From the NCBI GenBank assembly GCA_964354495.1, contig CAYHAA010000031.1, positions 1-13,317 on the forward strand: a stretch of DNA of 13,317 bases, read 5' to 3'. The DNA is from an uncultured archaeon. GTDB lineage: Archaea > Asgardarchaeota > Thorarchaeia > Thorarchaeales > Thorarchaeaceae. Of this stretch, positions 7,857 to 13,317 are shown in pieces (position 1 is the stretch's first letter; each line of letters opens with the position of its first letter). Position numbers and translations under genes: made by a program. The notes below the pieces were generated by a model that was not told the DNA's origin, did no database searches, and worked only from the letters and a program-made list of their open reading frames with translations.

Positions 7857-10800
7857 GTGTCATCCACGGAGCCAGCGGAGATCATAGTAAATGCACAGAT
7901 TCTTGGTCTTAGAGCTTTAGTTGATTTGCTGAGAGAACGAACAACCAAGGACACCCGATACTTACATACACTAGGACAGCAGCGTCTGCTATCAGCGCTA
8001 GAAGAGTGGCAACAGAGCATCGAGCACGGAAGCCCCAGGTTCAATGCGGTTGCAGAAGAAGAAAAACATCTTCGAGATTTCGAGCTTGAGAACATCTGGG
8101 AAACAACAAGTAGCTATGGTAACACTGAAACAAAACGTGTCAGAAGCGAGAGAGATGGAGTAGTAGGGCCTCTCAATAGACTCATCAACATCTTCGGAGG
8201 CGAGTTGAAAAATCACTTTCTTCTCCTGTATCCACTTGAAGCACCTGCTAGGATTGGCAGACAAAGGAGCAAGACAGTCTGGGGATATCAAAGTGAAGAA
8301 CTGGGTGATGTCCCTGTCGCTCATGGAGTAGACCTGCCTGAGCTTGATCTGGCGGATATGGTCCGATCTTTCGGTCGGGAACTGTGCCGGAAGTCGTTTA
8401 TCTTCGGGGCTCCTACAAATGCCTTTGATGCATACTGCTTTCTTCTCATTCGCCATCTTTCGTCATATGTAGACTATGTCTATACCAATGGCCGGTGCGG
8501 CAGTGCTCAGTTCCTGCGTTCGAAAACAAAGGCAGACAAGAAAGTAAAGGAGGACCCCTGTGCTGCTGAGGTCCTACGAGAGATTGTCGATGAACTAGGA
8601 AGTCTGTATGGTAGAGGGCCTACTCCTCTTTCATCACCATCAAGAATCCAAGAGAAGAGAGGGAAGCGTACAACAAAGAAGTTCTTCAAAGATCAGATTG
8701 AGAAGCTTCATAGACTAAGTAAAAAGAGACCGCAAGAGAAGAAGGAACTGCTGACATGGGCCAAGTTTCTCGAGACACTCACAGCCAGTAAGAAGCCAAA
8801 ACTACGAGATAGCGATGCTCAACACCTCTACGAGATTGTCCGGAATATTTCCAGATATGAAGGCGACAAATATCACAGATTTCTGACTGATGGATTGCCG
8901 CAGGTCTACAAAGCCGAATCAGTGATTTTACAGGGAGACCAATTCCTTCAACGGGGAGAAGACATCCTTATTGTCGGAGAATCCAAGATTCGGACCGATG
9001 AAGGATCTGGTCGAATAGACCTTGCAGTATACATAAGGACCGAGATACCTAACCCAAACCGACCTGGAAAAATAGCCGTCATGAGACCAATCGGAGTCTT
9101 TGAGATAAAATCACAGACCGGTTTCGACTGGGAGATTAGGACCAAGAAGACAAGAGGAAAAAAGAAGAAGACTGTTGTAAGGTTCATCGTGAGAAAGAGA
9201 GGGCTCACCGATGACGAATGGACTAATGCCCTTGCAGAGGTACCATCAAGAGGTGCAATTAGGCAGTTGAACCTCTACGCCTCTGGACTTGTCAGAGAAT
9301 ATAGAAGACTGACTGGAGATGAGACTGTCACGGATATTCTCAAAGGCGTCATTCTTGTTGACACACAGTTCGATGTAACTCTCAACAGAGAACTAGTGAT
9401 GTCTCTCCTGAAAGACGTCGCGAGTAGTCAGATTCTGAATGGCAAGGTTGGGAAAGGCAACCGATTGCTGATTCGGTCGAAGAGTTCAATGGCAAAGAGA
9501 GCGGCACTTGTGCTTCTGTCATCAGACAAAGGACAGGCTGAAGGGTTGAAGTCAGAGAGAAAAGCACTGGACTCTAAGGTCCTGTACAATCCCTTATCCA
9601 ATGTTGAAGGTGGTTCTTCACGACATATTATCTACCTGAGTGCAAGGTCTGCATCTAACTCCGGTTTCACTTCTGCATGGATTGCGCGATACTGGCACGG
9701 AATGCAGTATCTTCAACAACTGAGTGAGGACCATGGGAACAGACCAGTCGTATGGCTAGACCTTACTGGTGATTTTAGTGATAGCAACCTCGCGAAAGTT
9801 CGACTCAGAATGCAGCACCAAGACGCTGCGACAGAAACCTTCTTCGATAACATCAGGTTTATCGACCTCTCAGCCAATGTTGAGGGATTCTTATTCAGGG
9901 GAACAAATCCGCCAAATATACCAGCGCTTGGCAAGTGGCAGGACAAGATTGTGGTCGTGAGTGGGTGGGAACGGATCGAGAAGTCGACGCCGCCTCGATT
10001 GAAAAGCGCACTAGCTGAACTTGAGAGATACCTAGTCCAGGAGATGCATCGTACCGGATGCCCATCTGTCTGGTTTCTCGAGCCAAGACCCGACGAGAGG
10101 ACCTCGGAGATATATCACACAAGGTGCTTGATTCCCTTTTGGTCTTCTTCTCCTCATCAACAATATGTCACAGATGTTGTCTGGAATCTTCCGATTCGTC
10201 CGTACACATCAGTTCAGACCACTCCAATGCTTGATGACCTTCGAGTTATTGTCTACCAGACAAAAGATACTATCAAGACTGAGGCGATTGAGTTTCCACT
10301 CCTGAGGGACTGGTCTTCAAGGTTCTGGAGCAAGCGTAGCAAGAGAAAGACTTCGAAGGTGCGCAGCAAAGAGAGCAAGGGGAGAGTTGCGCTCACTCCG
10401 CAAGACGTGCTAGGCAGTGCTCAGCTCTCGAAAGACCTTATCTTTGATTCCATAGACCTCATTCCCTGGCTTCGAGACCTCTGGCATCAAGACTTTGCGA
10501 GGACACCAAATGACATCCGTCAGGATGTCCGATTCGATACTACAACCCTGTATGGTAATCCATCACCACGGTCAGGTGTCATGTCGCGAATGATGTATCG
10601 TGCCAAGATCAAAGGTACACGAGGAAAAAGGGGCTATATGACCTCTCAGCAACTGATTCCTAAGGAATCAATCACTCATCCAAGACACTACAGAAGATAT
10701 CGCCGCATCCAGAGAAATACTCTGAATACACAGAGCTACAGCGCACCAGATGAGAGACTTCTCGAGTTCAGACAATTCAGGGAGCAGACTGCTCAAAATG

Positions 10801-12749
10801 TGGAGGTCAGGCGTCTGAGGCAGACCCTGACTCTTCTATCGAAATGGAAGGAACCATGGACATCAGAATCAGCGTGGCAAGAGTTTCTCAAACAGCTGAA
10901 GCAGGTGGTTCCAAAAGAAGGGGTTCTTGTTCAGATTGGTGACATCAACGAGATCTCAGAATTGCTGAGGAACGATGACATCTCATCCAGTTTCTGGAGC
11001 TCTCTGCTATGGACTCGAGAGGGAAGACTTGGAAGTCATCTACGGTTGTGCGAGCAAGACCATCTGAGGGATCTTCTTGAGACTAATCCCCACGTGACCA
11101 CCTCCTTTGGCAACTATCTTTTCCTCCTCCTGCTTGCAGTCTCCAGAAAATACCCCGAACTGACTATTGAACAGATGCAACATCTCTGGGAGCCCGTGAA
11201 GGCATGGCATCTTCGTCAGGTCGGATTCTACCTGAGAAAGACGCAGGGGGAGCGCATTGAACCGAAGTTCGATGTCAGAGCTGTCTGGTCAAATCTATGC
11301 AAGAGAGCCACAACATTGATCAAGATGTCATTGCCGGTCCAGTCAGCTGTTCGATATGGACAACTGCTGATTGCCCCATATGGCGATGATTATGACTACT
11401 GGGTATTCATAGAGGACAGGTTCGACAAGAGCCGGTTTCAATCGGGACTTATCATCGGTCAGAATCCCTTTGCATCATCGACATTCATGAGATGGACAGA
11501 GATGGACAATCATGAGATTGCACTCCATGCGAAGTCTGTTGTAGCTGAAGAAGTCTACGACCTACTTGTGAGCAACGTCAGTGGAATCGAGTGTGTCTGG
11601 CTCTTAGCTGAGGGAGAATGGAATCTTCAGGGCGAGCTGGTCATAATTCCTCGCAAGAGGTCAGCAATAACCAGTATCAGAGGCATGCAAATCAAGCCGC
11701 TGGTAGCTGACCGAATTCCTGAAGTGCCGTTTGGTGTGAGAATGCCTCCTAGAATCAAACAACGAGTCAGAGAGGATCTCTCTCAGATTGCTCGTCTGCG
11801 TCAGAGCATCCTGAGTGTTCAGTGTGCTCTTGGGATCGACTCCGGTATGTACGCAGTCCGCTTTGAGGAGGGGCGAGAACAGATTGACATGAGAGTTGTG
11901 TATAGGACTTCGGATCTCTTACACATCCTCCGCATGCCTCTTGTGGAGGGCATTCCGTTACAGAGTTCACAAGATTCAGATGTGTATCTGACATGGAATC
12001 CGTACGAGGACATCGACTATGGCGAACTCCAGCTCTTTCGACCGTATGTGGAGAGGAAGACCCCATATGTGCATGTTCGGGTGCCACTTCCAATGACAAG
12101 TAGAGAACTTCTTGAACGACCTCCTGCAGAAGTGGAGATTATCATCTTTCATGATGAGAGCGAGTGCCCCATCGTTGATGGTAACGCTTCTGCTCATGGG
12201 TCCTGTTGGAGAGTGAAGGCTGAGGGCGAGCAGGAGAGTCCCCGCTTTGATGCGTTGACCGACCATGCCCTCTCAGACCATGATATCTCCAGTCTGATTG
12301 TTTCAGGGGAGGTCTTTCTTGAGGAGGGCAGATACAAGCTCAACATCACCTTTGACAGCAGTCCAAGTGCAAGAGAGGGCATTGTCTTCAGAGAGAGTAG
12401 ATTGATTGCACGAGCGCTTGGCTTGAAGTCAGTCACACCGGGTGTCTTTCTTGAGCTTGACACGGAGCAGCTGAAGTATGTACTCACCAACTATGGCGAT
12501 GGTATTGCAATGGGCATCTACTCATCTCTCACTGAAGAGAGGATCAGCTCGTTCAATCTCATCCCCCAGGGAAGATGGCAAATTGATGAGGTCATGGAGG
12601 GATTCATCGATGAAACGGAGGAGTTCATCGAGTCGTATTTCGGTAAGGGAGAGAGACCTGAGAAACGCATTATCGACTACGATGAGATACTTGAAGAAAC
12701 ACAAGACCTATTGAAGAGAATAAAGAAAGGACTACCTCCACTTAGATAG
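7857..12749 (+). CDS. Large uncharacterised protein, 1630 aa, with a PD-(D/E)xK nuclease domain and a possible degenerate P-loop/RecA-like domain
   Basis: Uninterrupted 4.9-kb ORF; GESKI...GRIDLAVY...VFEIKS...QLNLY matches E...D...ExK...QxxxY. IIYLSARSASNSGFTS / VVWLDLTG / IVVVSGWE follow the spacing of Walker A, the next strand and Walker B but lack GKT and DE. Confidence 0.75.
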   Translation: MSSTEPAEIIVNAQILGLRALVDLLRERTTKDTRYLHTLGQQRLLSALEEWQQSIEHGSPRFNAVAEEEKHLRDFELENIWETTSSYGNTETKRVRSERDGVVGPLNRLINIFGGELKNHFLLLYPLEAPARIGRQRSKTVWGYQSEELGDVPVAHGVDLPELDLADMVRSFGRELCRKSFIFGAPTNAFDAYCFLLIRHLSSYVDYVYTNGRCGSAQFLRSKTKADKKVKEDPCAAEVLREIVDELGSLYGRGPTPLSSPSRIQEKRGKRTTKKFFKDQIEKLHRLSKKRPQEKKELLTWAKFLETLTASKKPKLRDSDAQHLYEIVRNISRYEGDKYHRFLTDGLPQVYKAESVILQGDQFLQRGEDILIVGESKIRTDEGSGRIDLAVYIRTEIPNPNRPGKIAVMRPIGVFEIKSQTGFDWEIRTKKTRGKKKKTVVRFIVRKRGLTDDEWTNALAEVPSRGAIRQLNLYASGLVREYRRLTGDETVTDILKGVILVDTQFDVTLNRELVMSLLKDVASSQILNGKVGKGNRLLIRSKSSMAKRAALVLLSSDKGQAEGLKSERKALDSKVLYNPLSNVEGGSSRHIIYLSARSASNSGFTSAWIARYWHGMQYLQQLSEDHGNRPVVWLDLTGDFSDSNLAKVRLRMQHQDAATETFFDNIRFIDLSANVEGFLFRGTNPPNIPALGKWQDKIVVVSGWERIEKSTPPRLKSALAELERYLVQEMHRTGCPSVWFLEPRPDERTSEIYHTRCLIPFWSSSPHQQYVTDVVWNLPIRPYTSVQTTPMLDDLRVIVYQTKDTIKTEAIEFPLLRDWSSRFWSKRSKRKTSKVRSKESKGRVALTPQDVLGSAQLSKDLIFDSIDLIPWLRDLWHQDFARTPNDIRQDVRFDTTTLYGNPSPRSGVMSRMMYRAKIKGTRGKRGYMTSQQLIPKESITHPRHYRRYRRIQRNTLNTQSYSAPDERLLEFRQFREQTAQNVEVRRLRQTLTLLSKWKEPWTSESAWQEFLKQLKQVVPKEGVLVQIGDINEISELLRNDDISSSFWSSLLWTREGRLGSHLRLCEQDHLRDLLETNPHVTTSFGNYLFLLLLAVSRKYPELTIEQMQHLWEPVKAWHLRQVGFYLRKTQGERIEPKFDVRAVWSNLCKRATTLIKMSLPVQSAVRYGQLLIAPYGDDYDYWVFIEDRFDKSRFQSGLIIGQNPFASSTFMRWTEMDNHEIALHAKSVVAEEVYDLLVSNVSGIECVWLLAEGEWNLQGELVIIPRKRSAITSIRGMQIKPLVADRIPEVPFGVRMPPRIKQRVREDLSQIARLRQSILSVQCALGIDSGMYAVRFEEGREQIDMRVVYRTSDLLHILRMPLVEGIPLQSSQDSDVYLTWNPYEDIDYGELQLFRPYVERKTPYVHVRVPLPMTSRELLERPPAEVEIIIFHDESECPIVDGNASAHGSCWRVKAEGEQESPRFDALTDHALSDHDISSLIVSGEVFLEEGRYKLNITFDSSPSAREGIVFRESRLIARALGLKSVTPGVFLELDTEQLKYVLTNYGDGIAMGIYSSLTEERISSFNLIPQGRWQIDEVMEGFIDETEEFIESYFGKGERPEKRIIDYDEILEETQDLLKRIKKGLPPLR

Positions 12750-12773
12750 CAGACAGCATTTCTATTGATTAGA

Positions 12774-12792
12774 CAATGAATGAAAAATGAAA
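12774..12792 (-). terminator. Putative oligo-T terminator after R4 (analogous tracts at ~2101-2110 and ~3401-3412)
   Basis: Minus strand TTTCATTTTTCATTCATTG directly after the repeat core; T-rich tracts are the known archaeal intrinsic terminator type. Confidence 0.45.
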
Positions 12793-12886
12793 AGGGTGGC
12801 TCAACAGCGAACAGCAAGAGCAAGTTCTCCACTTTGGCATCGGGCAACCTGACGATTGCACCGCGTTCCCCGTCGAAGGCCCGTAC
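12793..12886. repeat. Dispersed repeat copy R4, in the 16S rRNA 3' trailer
   Basis: 94-nt homolog of 1-94, ending 64 nt beyond the 16S 3' end; followed on the minus strand by a T-rich tract. Confidence 0.9.
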
Positions 12887-12889
12887 CTC

Positions 12890-12945
12890 TCTTGCATTCC
12901 CGAAGGACTGCAAGACCAAGCTGCTTCTACCTCTATGAGATAGAA
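12890..12945 (-). other. Two hairpins in the 16S 3' trailer
   Basis: UUCUAUCUC-AUA-GAGGUAGAA (12945-12925) and UCUUGCAGUCC-UUCG-GGAAUGCAAGA (12915-12890, C(UUCG)G tetraloop, one G/A mismatch). Confidence 0.6.
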
Positions 12946-12959
12946 AACATAGGAGGTGA

Positions 12960-12990
12960 ATGATGGAAGACGAGATGACTCTCGACTTCT
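12960..12990 (-). other. 16S micro-intron I4, 31 nt, after A1531 (E. coli numbering), just 5' of the anti-SD core
   Basis: Central helix GAUG/CAUC, bulges GA^A and AU^U, intron stem GAAG-U-CGAGA / UCUCG-U-CUUC; predicted cuts give GGAUCACCUCCU exactly. The outer exon helix is minimal. Confidence 0.88.
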
Positions 12991-13022
12991 TCCATCCGCA
13001 GCTTCCGCTACGGATACCTTGT

Positions 13023-13052
13023 ATTTCGCCGCGCCACGAAGTGTAACGCAGT
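13023..13052 (-). other. 16S micro-intron I3, 30 nt, after A1499
   Basis: Central helix GUCG/CGAA (3 pairs plus G.A), bulges UA^A and AU^A, intron stem CUGCGU/GCGCGG; removal gives GUCGUAACAAGG. The boundary can slide by 2 nt; this register is the best BHB fit. Confidence 0.8.
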
Positions 13053-13155
13053 TACGACTTCTCCCCACTTGCCGTCCCAAGATTCGTGGTCGCCCAGTGG
13101 ACGACACCTCACCCAAGAACAGCTCGCGTGGAGCGACGGGCGGTGTGTGCAAGAA

Positions 13156-13185
13156 TTCCCCGGAGGCGCGAAAATCGCACCCCCA
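13156..13185 (-). other. 16S micro-intron I2, 30 nt, after ~C1386
   Basis: Central helix CCCU/GGGG, bulges GC^U and AA^U, 10-bp intron stem GGGGGUGCGA/UCGCGCCUCC; removal gives GUCCCUGCUUCUUGCAC (canonical length). Confidence 0.85.
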
Positions 13186-13232
13186 GCAGGGACGTATTCT
13201 CCGCGCGATAGTGACACGCGGATACTAGGGAT

Positions 13233-13262
13233 ATCCTGATGCGCATCGAAGTGGTGCGCAAA
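13233..13262 (-). other. 16S micro-intron I1, 30 nt, after A1339
   Basis: Central helix CCUG/CAGG, bulges GA^U and AU^A, intron stem UGCGCA/UGCGCA behind a U.U mismatch; removal gives CUGGAAUCCCUAG. Confidence 0.88.
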
Positions 13263-13317
13263 TCCAGGTTCACGCGGGTGAGTTCCAACCCGCGATCCCG
13301 ACTACGACTGGGTTTCG

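Larger units (their letters stand above)
12951..13317 (-). rRNA. rrs: 16S rRNA gene, 3' part (truncated by the window edge), archaeal type, with four micro-introns
   Basis: Minus strand contains GAATACGTCCCTGC, TTGCACACACCGCCCGTCGCTCCAC, GAGAAGTCGTA/ACAAGG, helix 45 with a GGAA loop, and GGA/TCACCTCCT. Confidence 0.97.

Noticed and set aside
361-12714. Remaining short ORFs nested in or antisense to the long CDSs
   Set aside because: Fully overlapped by well-supported genes and lacking recognisable domains.
1-12886. Repeats as a CRISPR array or canonical integron attC sites
   Set aside because: Spacing is kilobases with whole genes in between and there are no cas genes. There is no paired R''/R' box or full-length hairpin as attC requires.
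12793-12886. Repeat as tRNA, 5S rRNA, tmRNA, SECIS or group II intron domain V
   Set aside because: Only short motif resemblances (TTCGACGGG, GCGGTGCAATC); no cloverleaf or diagnostic structure could be built on either strand.
12983-12990. I4 begins with AGAAGUCG, identical to 16S ~1490-1497 upstream
   Set aside because: An 8-nt match is within chance and is constrained by the intron stem; too weak to claim origin by duplication.
12769-13228. ORFs 12769-13152 (-), 12956-13228 (+), 13008-13217 (-), 12677-12919 (-), including an apparent SD AGGAGGTGA before ATG 12956/12960
   Set aside because: Shadow frames over the 16S gene and its trailer; the apparent SD is just the reverse complement of the anti-SD.

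Overview
Archaeal DNA; the lineage may be Asgard/Thorarchaeia-like, but that is inference only. The right edge holds the 3' ~370 nt of a minus-strand 16S rRNA gene, split by four 30-31 nt micro-introns. Each fits bulge-helix-bulge (BHB)-type geometry, and removing it restores the canonical rRNA sequence at E. coli positions ~1339, 1386, 1499 and 1531 (the last just before the anti-Shine-Dalgarno core). Downstream of the 16S gene, four co-oriented copies of a ~65-95 nt element (1-94, 2111-2174, 3413-3490, 12793-12886) divide the region into cassette-like blocks: (i) an S9 peptidase; (ii) a PD-(D/E)xK putative restriction nuclease; (iii) a ~9.3 kb block with an MvaI/BcnI-family restriction endonuclease, an N4-cytosine-type methyltransferase, a solo TnpB with a rearranged RuvC-II site, and a 1630-aa protein with a PD-(D/E)xK domain. 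About 140 nt past the TnpB stop, roughly where an omegaRNA guide is expected, an 18-mer matches the intron-less 16S 3' end at 17/18 positions. No integrase, transposase or CRISPR array is visible in the window.
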